A stretch of DNA of 64,000 nucleotides. It comes from Bacillota bacterium (GTDB lineage Bacteria; Bacillota; Sulfobacillia; JAIMAT01). The position numbers were made by a program, and so were the translations under genes. The notes under the pieces were generated by a model that was not told where the DNA came from, ran no database searches, and saw nothing but the letters and a program-made list of their open reading frames with translations. The first letter of the stretch is position 1. Every line of letters starts with the position of its first letter. Location: the NCBI GenBank assembly GCA_029961055.1, contig JASBVM010000048.1, positions 5,600 through 69,599 on the forward strand, read 5' to 3'. Below, piece by piece: positions 22,327 through 32,618 of the stretch.

Positions 22327-23490
22327 GTGCTGGACCTCCGAGCCGTGCGCGCGGAGCTTCCCGCGCTCGAACGCGCGGTCTATCTGAACACGGGCACGGC
22401 GGGGCCGCTGCCCCGGCGGGCCGTGGCGGCGCTGGAAGAGGCGCTGGCGCGCGAGGCCGGGGAGGGCCGGGCCTGGCCCGACCTCTGGCCGCTGGCCATG
22501 GAACGGAGGGAGGCGCTGCGCGCCCGGCTGGCCGCCTTCCTGGGGGCGGACCCGGACGAGATCGCCCTCACCCATCACACCACCGAGGGGCTGAACATCG
22601 TCCTCTGGGGGATCGAGTGGGAGCCTGGCGACGAGGTGGTCGCCACGGACGCCGAACACGAGGGCGGTCTGGTCCCTCTCTACCTTCTTCACCAGCGCCG
22701 CGGCGTCGGCGTCCGCTTCGCCCCCACCGGCGACGGATCGGAGGAAGCGGTGCTGGAGGGGATCCGCCGGGCGCTGACGCCTTCCACGCGCCTTCTCCTG
22801 CTCTCCCACGTCACCTACTCCTCCGGCGCCCGGCTCCCCTTGGCCCGGATCGCGGCGCTGGCCCACGAACGGGAGGTCCCGGTGCTGGTGGACGGCGCCC
22901 AGTCGGCGGGCGCCATCCCCGTCGACGTCCACGGCCTGGACGTCGACTTCTACGCCTTGCCGGGGCAGAAGTGGCTTCTCGGGCCCGAAGGGACCGGCGC
23001 GCTCTACGTCCGCTCCGACCGGCTGGCCGCCCTGCGGCCGGCCTTCGCCGGCTGGGGCAGCGTCCGCCACGGGTCGGTGGCCGCGGACGAACCCCGCCTG
23101 GAGCTGGCCGAGGGGGCGCGGCGCTTCGAAGTCGGCACCGTCTTCGAACCGGGGCTCGAGGCTTGGCGGGCGAGCCTGGAATGGCTGGAGTCGCTGGGCT
23201 GGGCGGCGATCTTCGAGCGGGTCGGGCGCCTGGCGGCGTACGCCCGCGACCGGCTGCGCGAGCTCCCCGGACTCCGGGTGACCACGCCGGCCAACGCCGG
23301 CGGTCTCCTCCACTTCGAGGTCGACGGGTCCGATCCGGTCCGCCTGCTGGCCGCGCTCCGGGAGCGGGGGTTCATGTTGCGCCTGACGCCGCGGCCGCAG
23401 AGGTTTCGCATCTCGACCGGCTTCTTCAACACGGAGGAAGAGATCGACCGTCTCGCCCAGGCTCTCTCGGAACTGGTCGGCTCCCGCTGA
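22327..23490 (+). CDS. Class-V aminotransferase (cysteine desulfurase / selenocysteine lyase-like).
   Basis: VYLNTGTAGPLP...LLLSHVTYSSGARLP...ALPGQKWLLGPEGTGALYVR (the PLP Lys region). GTG start after GGGAGG; the previous stop is 5 nt upstream. Confidence 0.7.
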   Translation: MLDLRAVRAELPALERAVYLNTGTAGPLPRRAVAALEEALAREAGEGRAWPDLWPLAMERREALRARLAAFLGADPDEIALTHHTTEGLNIVLWGIEWEPGDEVVATDAEHEGGLVPLYLLHQRRGVGVRFAPTGDGSEEAVLEGIRRALTPSTRLLLLSHVTYSSGARLPLARIAALAHEREVPVLVDGAQSAGAIPVDVHGLDVDFYALPGQKWLLGPEGTGALYVRSDRLAALRPAFAGWGSVRHGSVAADEPRLELAEGARRFEVGTVFEPGLEAWRASLEWLESLGWAAIFERVGRLAAYARDRLRELPGLRVTTPANAGGLLHFEVDGSDPVRLLAALRERGFMLRLTPRPQRFRISTGFFNTEEEIDRLAQALSELVGSR

Positions 23491-23620
23491 TCCTGGCGGC
23501 TTGAGGGTGAGCGGGCGGACTCCTCCTGGCGCCGAAGCGGGTCCGGCGGGCAGACTCCGACTGCAGGCCGAAAGCCAGGCTGCGAAGGTGGGATCACCGG
23601 TGGCACGGCGTGGTGGCCTG

Positions 23621-23821
23621 ATGTCGGACGCGCTCAAGGTCGAGCTGGCGCGCGAGCTGGGCGTGGCGGACGTGGTGGAGCGCGAGGGGTGGGGACCCGT
23701 CTCCTCGCGGGACTGCGGAAGCCTGGTGCGGCTCGCCATCGAGCGGGCCGAGCGTTCCATGGCCGGCGGGGCCCGGGCGGGGATCGGGCAGCCGGCCGGG
23801 AGCCCCCTGCTCCGCCGCTGA
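23621..23821 (+). CDS. Small acid-soluble spore protein, alpha/beta type.
   Basis: 66 aa; KVELARELGVADVVEREGWGPVSSRDCGSLVRLAIERAERSMAG matches the SASP alpha/beta motifs (E-A-E-GV, SR-GS-V). Confidence 0.7.
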   Translation: MSDALKVELARELGVADVVEREGWGPVSSRDCGSLVRLAIERAERSMAGGARAGIGQPAGSPLLRR

Positions 23822-23891
23822 GCCGGGCGCGCGGGCTGAGCCCCGCGCGCTGCCGGTGAGGATCGCCCGACGGTGAGACGTCCGCGAAAGG

Positions 23892-23922
23892 GAGCGGCCC
23901 GGGCCATTCGCCCGGGCCGCTC
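23892..23922. terminator. Bidirectional intrinsic terminator between the convergent SASP gene and fumC.
   Basis: Perfect 13-bp stem GAGCGGCCCGGGC-cattc-GCCCGGGCCGCTC. Confidence 0.6.
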
Positions 23923-23964
23923 GCCACGCCGGGGAGGGCGGCGGCCCCCCGCCCGTCCCGCCCT

Positions 23965-25362
<1,398 letters not shown>

Positions 25363-25517
25363 GCTGGGTACCCCCTTCCGGTCTACGAGCCTGATTTCGC
25401 CGGGGCCCCCTCATTTCCTCATCCGCCCGGAAGGCGGGCGCCCGCGCGGAGCGAATCGCCCTTCTAGCGGGGCTCCGCGCCGCCGCGCGGCGGCCCGGCG
25501 GGGAGGGAGGGTGGGCG

Positions 25518-26531
25518 GTGCGGGTGGTGATCACGGGCGGCACGGGGCTGATCGGTCGGGCGTTGTGCGAGAGCCTGGCCGGGGACGGCCACGAGGTGAC
25601 GGTGCTCAGCCGGAGACCGGATGCGGAGCGGAAGCGGCGCCTTCCTCCCGGTTGCCGCCTCCTGCCCTGGCCCGCCCTGCCCGCGGCCGAGCGGACCCTG
25701 TTGCCGGGGCCCCGGCCGGGCGAGTCCGACGGGTGGCGGCGCGCCCTGGAGGAGGCGGAGGCGGTCGTCCATCTGGCGGGCGAGTCGATCGCCGGCGGCC
25801 GGTGGAACCAGGCCCGGAAGGAGAGGATCCGGGGCAGCCGGGTCGCCTCCACCCGGGCGCTGGTGGAGGCGCTGGCGGCGGCGGAGCGGAGGCCGGGGGT
25901 CCTGGTCAGCGCCTCGGCGGTGGGCTACTACGGCCCCCGCGGCGACGAGGAAGTGACCGAGGAGTCGCCCCCCGGCTCCGACTTCCTGGCGCGGGTCTGC
26001 GTCGCCTGGGAGCGGGAGGCGGAGGTGGCCGAGGGGCTGGGGCTGCGCGTGGTCCTGCTGCGGACAGGGTTGCTGCTGGCCGCCCAGGGCGGCGCGCTGC
26101 CGGAGCTCGTCCGGCCGTTCCGGCTCTGGGTGGGCGGTCCCCTGGGCACGGGGAGGCAGTGGGTGCCCTGGATCCACCTGGCCGACGAGGTCGGCCTGAT
26201 CCGCTGGGCGCTGGAGGAGGAGCGGCTGCGCGGGCCGCTCAACGCCACCGCACCCGAGCCGGTCCGCCAGCGAGAGCTGGCGCGCCAGCTGGGGCGGGTG
26301 CTGGCAAGGCCGTCCTGGCTCCCCGCGCCGGCACCGCTGCTCCGTCTGGCGCTGGGCGAGATGGCGGAGGCGCTCCTCCTGGGCGGGCAGCGCGCGCTGC
26401 CCGCGCGGGCGCTGGCGCTGGGCTACCGCTTCCGCTTTCCGCGGCTGGAGCCGGCGCTCCGGGATCTCCTGGGCCCGCGCCGCGGGCGCGACGGCCCGCC
26501 GGGCGAGGAGCGGTACCCCTCCGGTCCGTGA
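25518..26531 (+). CDS. NAD-dependent epimerase/dehydratase family protein (YfcH/TIGR01777-like).
   Basis: MRVVITGGTGLIGRAL... Rossmann fold; GTG start after GGGAGGGAGG. Confidence 0.65.
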   Translation: MRVVITGGTGLIGRALCESLAGDGHEVTVLSRRPDAERKRRLPPGCRLLPWPALPAAERTLLPGPRPGESDGWRRALEEAEAVVHLAGESIAGGRWNQARKERIRGSRVASTRALVEALAAAERRPGVLVSASAVGYYGPRGDEEVTEESPPGSDFLARVCVAWEREAEVAEGLGLRVVLLRTGLLLAAQGGALPELVRPFRLWVGGPLGTGRQWVPWIHLADEVGLIRWALEEERLRGPLNATAPEPVRQRELARQLGRVLARPSWLPAPAPLLRLALGEMAEALLLGGQRALPARALALGYRFRFPRLEPALRDLLGPRRGRDGPPGEERYPSGP

Positions 26532-26559
26532 ACCGGGTCCGGAGGGAGGCCGCACCCCC

Positions 26560-27654
26560 GTGCGCGGGCGGAACGGAGAGGCGAGACCGACGCAGAAAAG
26601 GGGTTGGCGAACTTTGCAGGAGAGGATCTCCCGACCGCGCGGCCCCGAGGCCGCGCTCCTGGACGGCTACCCGCACGTCCCCTGGCGGCGCGGCCAGGTC
26701 AATCTGCGCCGGGAGCGGAACCGCTTCGAACAGGGTGAGATCGGCGCGGCGGCGCTGGCGGCAGCCTACGACGCGACGGTCCTGCGCATCGTGGGCGAGC
26801 AGGAGGAGGCCGGCCTCGACCCGGTCACGGACGGGCAGGCGCGGCAGGACGACCTGATGGAGCCGCTCGTCCGCGACCTGTCCGGCCTCGAGCCGGGCGG
26901 CCTGCTGCGCTACTACGACAACAACTTCTACTACCGGGCCCCCAGGGTCACCGGCCGGATCGCGGCGCGGGGCATGAGCCTGGCCGGCCAGGTCGCCTGG
27001 CTGGTGCGGCGGACGAGCCGCCGGGTGAAGGTGGTGCTGCCGGGTCCGCTGACCGCGGCCGCGCTGGTGGTGGACGAGCACTACCACGATCGCGAAAGGC
27101 TGCTGGCCGACCTGAGCGAGGCGCTCCACCTGCTGGCCGGGCAGGCGGTGGAGGCGGGAGCGGCCGTCCTTCAGCTGGACGAGCCGGAGCTGGTCCGCCC
27201 GCAGGGGGAGAACCGGGTGAGGGCCCGCCAGGAGCGGGCCGCCTGGCTGTCGGAGGCCCGGCAGGCGACGGCGCGGGTGGTCGAGGGGCTGGGCGCCCGC
27301 ACCCAGGTGGCGCTCTTCTTCGGCCCGTCGGCGCCCCTCCTGGACGAGCTGGCCGGCTGGCCGGCGGACGACCTGCTCTTCGACCTGGCTTCCGATCCCT
27401 CGCTCGTCGACGGGCTGGCCGGCGGGGGTTTCCCCAAGGGGGTGGGGCTCGGCTGGCTGGACGCGCGCCAGCCCCGCCTGGAGCCGGTGGAGGAGGCGGA
27501 GCGGCTCGTCGACAGGCTTTCCGGGAAGATCCCGCTGGAACGGATCACGCTCCACCCCAGCGCCAGCCTCGAGTTCCTCCCGGCCGACAAGGCCCGGGCC
27601 AAGCTGGAACGGCTGGGCGAGGCGCTGCGGGCGATCAGGGGGGATGGGCGATGA
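26560..27654 (+). CDS. Protein resembling the N-terminal (folate-binding) half of cobalamin-independent methionine synthase MetE.
   Basis: FEQGEIGAAALAAAYDATVLRIVGEQEEAGLDPVTDGQ...YYDNNFYYRAP... is collinear with the MetE N-domain. The true start is uncertain. Confidence 0.55.
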   Translation: MRGRNGEARPTQKRGWRTLQERISRPRGPEAALLDGYPHVPWRRGQVNLRRERNRFEQGEIGAAALAAAYDATVLRIVGEQEEAGLDPVTDGQARQDDLMEPLVRDLSGLEPGGLLRYYDNNFYYRAPRVTGRIAARGMSLAGQVAWLVRRTSRRVKVVLPGPLTAAALVVDEHYHDRERLLADLSEALHLLAGQAVEAGAAVLQLDEPELVRPQGENRVRARQERAAWLSEARQATARVVEGLGARTQVALFFGPSAPLLDELAGWPADDLLFDLASDPSLVDGLAGGGFPKGVGLGWLDARQPRLEPVEEAERLVDRLSGKIPLERITLHPSASLEFLPADKARAKLERLGEALRAIRGDGR

Positions 27655-28682
27655 CGACAGGCGGGCAGGGCGGCAGCCGGACCGGCCCCAGGAAGCTGGG
27701 CGTCCCCCACCGGACGCTGCGCACCACCGGGGTCGGCAGCCTGCCCAAGCCGCCCGCGCTGCTGGAGGCGCGGGAGCGGGCGCAGCGGGGCGAGATCGGC
27801 GCCGACGAGCTCCGGCGGCTGGAGCGGAAGGCCACGGAGGAGTGGATCCGCTTCCAGGAGTCGATCGGCATCGACATCCCCGTACACGGCGAGATGGAGC
27901 GGGGCGACATGGCCACCTTCTTCGCCGAGCTCCTGGAGGGTTTCACCATCTCGGGCCCGGTCCGCTCCTACGGGAACCGCTACTACCGGAAGCCGATCGT
28001 GGTCGGGCCGGTGCGCCGGGTCCGCCCGCTCACGGTGGAGCGCTGGCGCGAAGCCCAGGCGCTGACCGACCGGCCGGTCAAGGCGATCCTGACCGGTCCC
28101 TACACGATGTGCGACTGGTCCTTCAACGAGTACTACCCCGACCGCAGGAGCCTCGCCCTGGCGCTGGCGGAGGCGCTCCACGAGGAGGCGCGGGCGCTGG
28201 AGGAAGCCGGGGCGCAGTTCATCCAGATCGACGAGCCGGCCATCTCCACCCGGCCGGAGGAGATCGACCTGGCGATCGAGGCCCTGGGAAGGGTGACCGA
28301 GGGGCTCCGGGCCCACACCATCAGCCACATCTGCTACGGCCGCTGGGAGGAGGTCTTCCCGGCCATCCTCTCGCTGCCCGTGGCCCAGCTCGACCTGGAG
28401 ATGGCCAACGGCGGCTACGCGCTGCTCGACCTGCTGCGCCGCTATCCCTCCCACGGCAAGGAGATCGGGTTGGGCGTGATCGACGTCCACAGCCACCGGA
28501 TCGAGAGCGTGGAGGAGGTGAAGCAGGGCATCTACCGCGCGTTGGAGGTGCTTCCTGCCGACCGGGTCTACGTCGATCCCGACTGCGGCCTCAAGACGCG
28601 TACCGAGGAGGAAGCCAGGCGGAAGCTGGAGGTGATGGTGCGTGCCGTCCGGGAGGTGCGCGAGGAGCTGGGGCTGACGTGA
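27651..28682 (+). CDS. Protein resembling the C-terminal (Zn/homocysteine-binding) half of cobalamin-independent methionine synthase MetE.
   Basis: GVGSLPKP...IPVHGEMERGDM...IQIDEPAIS...HICYG...DPDCGLKTR (His/Cys/Cys zinc ligands). The ATG overlaps the previous stop. Confidence 0.7.
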   Translation: MTTGGQGGSRTGPRKLGVPHRTLRTTGVGSLPKPPALLEARERAQRGEIGADELRRLERKATEEWIRFQESIGIDIPVHGEMERGDMATFFAELLEGFTISGPVRSYGNRYYRKPIVVGPVRRVRPLTVERWREAQALTDRPVKAILTGPYTMCDWSFNEYYPDRRSLALALAEALHEEARALEEAGAQFIQIDEPAISTRPEEIDLAIEALGRVTEGLRAHTISHICYGRWEEVFPAILSLPVAQLDLEMANGGYALLDLLRRYPSHGKEIGLGVIDVHSHRIESVEEVKQGIYRALEVLPADRVYVDPDCGLKTRTEEEARRKLEVMVRAVREVREELGLT

Positions 28683-30634
28683 GCAGCCCCTTCCTGAAGG
28701 CGCTGGAGCAGGGGCCGCTCCTCGCCGACGGTGCCGTCGGCACGCAGCTCCACGCGCGGGGCGCGCCGCTGCAGGGTTCGCTGGAGCTGCTCAACCTGCG
28801 CTCGCCGGAGCTCGTCCTCGACCTCCACCTGGACTATCTCCGGGCCGGCGCGCAGCTGCTGACCACCAACACCTTCCAGGGGCACCGGCTGGCGCTCGCG
28901 CCCCACGGGCTGGAGGACGAGGTCTGGAACCTCAACGTGGCCGCGGTCAAGCTGGCCCGCCAGGCGCGGGAGATGGCCGGCCGCGAGGCGCTCGTCGGCG
29001 CCTCGGTGGGGCCCTGCCAGGGGGCGATGGCCCCCCTGGGCCGGCTGCAGGCGGAGGCGGTGGAGAGCGCCTACCGCGAGCAGGTGCGGGCGCTGGTGGC
29101 CGGCGGGGCCGATCTCTTCCTGCTGGAGACGTTCTCGGACCCGCGCCAGCTGGCGCTGGCGCTGCGCGCGGTGCGCGCGGAGTCGGACCTGCCCGCGGTC
29201 GCCTTCTTCACCTTCTCCGCCGACGGGACCACGCTCTTCGGCGCGCCCGTGGAGCGGGCGGCGGAGGAGTTCCTCGAGGCGCTGGACGGCCAGCCGCTGC
29301 CGGAGCTGCTGGGCGTCAACTGCGGCGCCGGGCCGGCCCCCAGCCTGGAGAGCCTGGCCCGGCTGGAGCGCGCCCTGGAGGAGCTTCTCCCGGCCGGACG
29401 ACGGCCGTGGTGGGCGCTCTCGCCCAACGCCGGGCTGCCTCAGCGGGTGGAGGGACGCGTCCACTACCCCGCCCATCCCGCCTACTTCGCCCGGACGGTG
29501 GCCCGGGGGCTCCAGCTGGGGGCGCGGCTGGTGGGTGGCTGCTGCGGCACCTCGCCGGAGCACGTGGCCCAGCTCCGGCTCGAGCTGGAGCGCGGGCACC
29601 CCGGGCCGGGCGCCGCCCGGAGCGGGAGACAGGGGGTGCTGCGCGCAGGGCGGGCCCAGCGAGGGCCCGGGACCGCCGGGGGCGGGGGCACGCCCGGCGC
29701 CCCTGCCCCGGAGGAAGCGACCGCGGCGGGGGAGGGCGCGGGCTCCCGGCTGGCCGCCCGACTCGGCCGGCGGCTGGTGCTCAGCCTGGAGCTCGACCCG
29801 CCGCGGGGCGCCGTGGTGGAGCGCTTCCTCGCCCAGGCGCGGGCGGCGCGGGAGGCCGGGGTCGACGCCGTCAACGTGGGCGACAGCCCCATGGCACGGG
29901 TGCGGATGTCCTCCCTGGCGGCCGCGCACCTCGCCCAGCGGGAGGCGGGCGTCGAGGCGATCCTCCACTTCACCACCCGGGACCGGAACCTGATGGGGCT
30001 CCAGGCGGACCTGCTGGGCGCCCATGCGCTCGGCATCCGGAACGTCCTGGCGCTGACCGGCGATCCCCCCGCCCTGGGCAACTACGCCCACGCCACGGCC
30101 GTCTACGACCTGGACTCGGTGGGCCTGATCCGGCTCCTCCGCCAGCTGAACGACGGCGAGGACGCCGCCGGCAACCGGCTGGCCCAGCCGACCCGCTTCC
30201 TCATCGGCTGCGCGCTCAACCCCGCCGCCGCCGATCTGGAGCGGGAGGTGGAGCGCTTCCGGGCGAAGGTGGCCGCCGGCGCCCACTTCGCCATGACGCA
30301 GCCGGTCTACGACCCCTCCGAGCTGGAGGTGGTCCTGGACCGGCTGGGCGGCCCGCCCGTCCCCGTCCTGGCCGGCCTGATGCCGCTGGCCAGCTACCCG
30401 CACGCCCTCTACCTGCACAACGAGGTGCCCGGCATCCGCATCCCCGAGGCGCTCCTCCGGCGCATGGAATCGGCGGGGAGCGAGGCGCACCGGGTCGGAC
30501 TGGAGGCGGTCCAGGAGGTGTGGGAGCGGATCCGGCCCTGGGTGGCCGGCGCCTACGTGGTCCCCAGCTTCCAGCGGGTGGAGGACGCCCTCGCCCTCAC
30601 GCGCTGGCTCCGGGCTCAGGAGCCGGCCGGGTGA
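28679..30634 (+). CDS. Bifunctional homocysteine S-methyltransferase / 5,10-methylenetetrahydrofolate reductase (YitJ-like).
   Basis: N-terminal Hcy-binding domain (ADGAVGTQL...GCCGTSPEHV) and a C-terminal MetF domain (FSLELDPPRG...HFTTRDRN...LALTGDPP). GTG 28679 overlaps the upstream stop (GTGA). Confidence 0.8.
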   Translation: MSSPFLKALEQGPLLADGAVGTQLHARGAPLQGSLELLNLRSPELVLDLHLDYLRAGAQLLTTNTFQGHRLALAPHGLEDEVWNLNVAAVKLARQAREMAGREALVGASVGPCQGAMAPLGRLQAEAVESAYREQVRALVAGGADLFLLETFSDPRQLALALRAVRAESDLPAVAFFTFSADGTTLFGAPVERAAEEFLEALDGQPLPELLGVNCGAGPAPSLESLARLERALEELLPAGRRPWWALSPNAGLPQRVEGRVHYPAHPAYFARTVARGLQLGARLVGGCCGTSPEHVAQLRLELERGHPGPGAARSGRQGVLRAGRAQRGPGTAGGGGTPGAPAPEEATAAGEGAGSRLAARLGRRLVLSLELDPPRGAVVERFLAQARAAREAGVDAVNVGDSPMARVRMSSLAAAHLAQREAGVEAILHFTTRDRNLMGLQADLLGAHALGIRNVLALTGDPPALGNYAHATAVYDLDSVGLIRLLRQLNDGEDAAGNRLAQPTRFLIGCALNPAAADLEREVERFRAKVAAGAHFAMTQPVYDPSELEVVLDRLGGPPVPVLAGLMPLASYPHALYLHNEVPGIRIPEALLRRMESAGSEAHRVGLEAVQEVWERIRPWVAGAYVVPSFQRVEDALALTRWLRAQEPAG

Positions 30635-31020
30635 GCCGCGGGCCGGCTCGCCTCCAGGAGCCGGCGGAGCCCGTCGGGCAGGCGGCGCGCCCGCCCGCTC
30701 GCCCGGTCGACCAGCACCTGGACCGTCTCGCCGCTGGCCACGGCCCGGCCGTCCTCGCCCTCGACCCGGTACTCCAGCGTGAAGGCGGAGCTGCGCACCT
30801 CGCCGACGCGCAGGCCGATGCGGAGCCTCTCGCCGAAGCGGGCGGGGCTCCGGAAGGTGCACCGCGCCTCCGCCAGCACCATCGGAAAGGAGCCGTCCAG
30901 CGCCCCTTCCAGCGCCTCCTCCAGCCAGAGGGTGCGGGCTTCCTCGAAGTAGGTGAAGTAGACCGCGTTGTTGACGTGGCCCATCATGTCGCAGTCGCGC
31001 CAGGTGACGCGCCGCGTCAT
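30616..31020 (-). CDS. Acyl-CoA thioesterase, 4HBT/YbgC family.
   Basis: 134 aa; MTRRVTWRDCDMMGHVNNAVYFTYFEEART... The ATG shares 1 nt with the cysE stop (TGATG). Confidence 0.7.
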   Translation of the reverse strand: MTRRVTWRDCDMMGHVNNAVYFTYFEEARTLWLEEALEGALDGSFPMVLAEARCTFRSPARFGERLRIGLRVGEVRSSAFTLEYRVEGEDGRAVASGETVQVLVDRASGRARRLPDGLRRLLEASRPAAHPAGS

Positions 31021-32021
31021 CAGGAAGCCGAACCCGTCCAGCTCCGTTCCCCCCTCGCGGGCTGCGCCGCGCCATGGGGCGGCCGCAGCTCCACCGTCGG
31101 CCGGTGGAGCACCATCGCGCCGGCCGGGACGCTCTCGGTCACCCAGCAGTTGCCGCCGATGACGGCGCCGCGGCCGACGACCGTCGAGCCGCCCAGGATG
31201 GTGGCGCCGGAGTAGACGACGACGTCGTCCTCCAGGGTGGGGTGGCGCTTCTGGTTGCGGATCAGCTCGCCGTGCTCGTCCTTGGGGAAGCTGAGCGCGC
31301 CGATGGTCACCCCCTGGTAGAGCTTGACGTGATCGCCGATCACGGCGGTCTCGCCGATGACCACGCCGGTCCCGTGGTCGATGAAGAAGTTCCGGCCGAT
31401 CCGGGCGCCGGGGTGAATGTCGATGCCCGTCACGCTGTGCGCATGTTCCGTCATCATGCGCGGGATGAGCGGAACGCCCAGGCGCCAGAGCTCGTGCGCC
31501 AGCCGGTAGACCAGGACGGCGAAGAAGCCGGGATAAGCGAGCAGGATCTCGTCGTAGCTCTTGGCCGCGGGGTCGCCGTCGTAGGCGGCCCGCACGTCGC
31601 CGCAGAGCGTCGCCCGGATGTCGGGCAGGCGCGCGATGAACTCCGCCGCCACCTCCTGCGCCCAGCCCATCTCGGGGCAGACCGAGCCGGAGGTGTCGCA
31701 CGCGTGGGGCCGGGCCGAGTGGATCTCGTCGGCCAGATCCCAGAAGATGTCGCCCAGGCGCTCGTTGAGCGCCGTGACGTCGAGGCGGACGGCCTGCCGC
31801 CCGCTGTAATGTCCGGGGAAGAGCACCCGGCGGAGTTTCCCGATCAGGCGGACCAGCCGCTCCGCGTCAGGGTACCGGGGGGCGGCGGGTTCCGGCAGGT
31901 CGCCCTCCCGATGCTCCGCGTGGAGCCGCTCGGCCGCCTCGGCCACACGCTCCACGGCTCGCTCCAGGACGCCGCGCGGGACCCGGCCGCCCTCCTCCTC
32001 CAGGTCATGGGCCAATGCCAT
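31020..32021 (-). CDS. cysE: Serine O-acetyltransferase.
   Basis: Hexapeptide repeats (GARIGRNFFIDHGTGVVIGETAVIGDHVKLYQGVTIG) and a SATase N-domain. ATG 32021 after an AAGGAGGG RBS; the 32141 ORF start was rejected. Confidence 0.85.
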   Translation of the reverse strand: MALAHDLEEEGGRVPRGVLERAVERVAEAAERLHAEHREGDLPEPAAPRYPDAERLVRLIGKLRRVLFPGHYSGRQAVRLDVTALNERLGDIFWDLADEIHSARPHACDTSGSVCPEMGWAQEVAAEFIARLPDIRATLCGDVRAAYDGDPAAKSYDEILLAYPGFFAVLVYRLAHELWRLGVPLIPRMMTEHAHSVTGIDIHPGARIGRNFFIDHGTGVVIGETAVIGDHVKLYQGVTIGALSFPKDEHGELIRNQKRHPTLEDDVVVYSGATILGGSTVVGRGAVIGGNCWVTESVPAGAMVLHRPTVELRPPHGAAQPARGERSWTGSAS

Positions 32022-32101
32022 CGCCCTCCTTCGCTCCCCCAATCTAGCATCGCGGGCGCACCGGCCGCATACGCCTGGAGCGAACCGCCGGGGGTGAGGC
32101 C

Positions 32102-32488
32102 ATGGGCGATCTGAAGGCGATGGCCGACCAGATCCGGGCACACGAGTCGGAGCTGGTGCCGCACTACGAGGAGCTGGCGCGGGCGGCCCAGACGCCCGCG
32201 GAGATCAAGATCGTCCACCAGCTCAAGTCCTATCAGCGGCTCCAGCTGCTCAGCCTCGAGCTGCTGGGCGATCGGGTGCCGGAGCGCTTCCTGGGCTTCG
32301 GGCGCGTCTCCGCCGACGACGTCAACATCCGCTCGGCACCCAACGGGCAGTCCAGCCTGGTGGGCAAGGTGCGGCAGGGCGACCAGGTGATCATCTGCAG
32401 CTACCAGGGCTACTGGGTCGAGGTCCAGGTGATGCACGGCCCGTCCGGGTACATCTTCCGCGACTACGTCCAGGAAGAGGGCGGCTGA
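32102..32488 (+). CDS. Hypothetical protein with an N-terminal helical region and a C-terminal bacterial SH3 (SH3b) domain.
   Basis: VNIRSAPNGQSSLVGKVRQGDQVIICSYQGYWVEVQ is the SH3_3 pattern. Confidence 0.5.
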   Translation: MGDLKAMADQIRAHESELVPHYEELARAAQTPAEIKIVHQLKSYQRLQLLSLELLGDRVPERFLGFGRVSADDVNIRSAPNGQSSLVGKVRQGDQVIICSYQGYWVEVQVMHGPSGYIFRDYVQEEGG

Positions 32489-32618
32489 GCGGAAGGAAGC
32501 CGCCCTCCCGGGGCGAAGCCGCTTCCCCACGGAGGCGGCTCGTCTGATCCTGCGCGACCCGGTCCACGGCGACATCCCACTGACGGCGGAGGAAGCCTGG
32601 CTCCTCGACGCGCCCGAG

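Noticed and set aside
26480-26700. S-box (SAM-I) riboswitch before the split-metE operon.
   Set aside because: No recognisable S-box core was seen by eye; a covariance-model scan is needed.
28568-31075. 835-aa minus-strand ORF.
   Set aside because: Antisense to the yitJ-like gene; a GC artefact. Only the thioesterase at 30616..31020 (a different frame) is supported.
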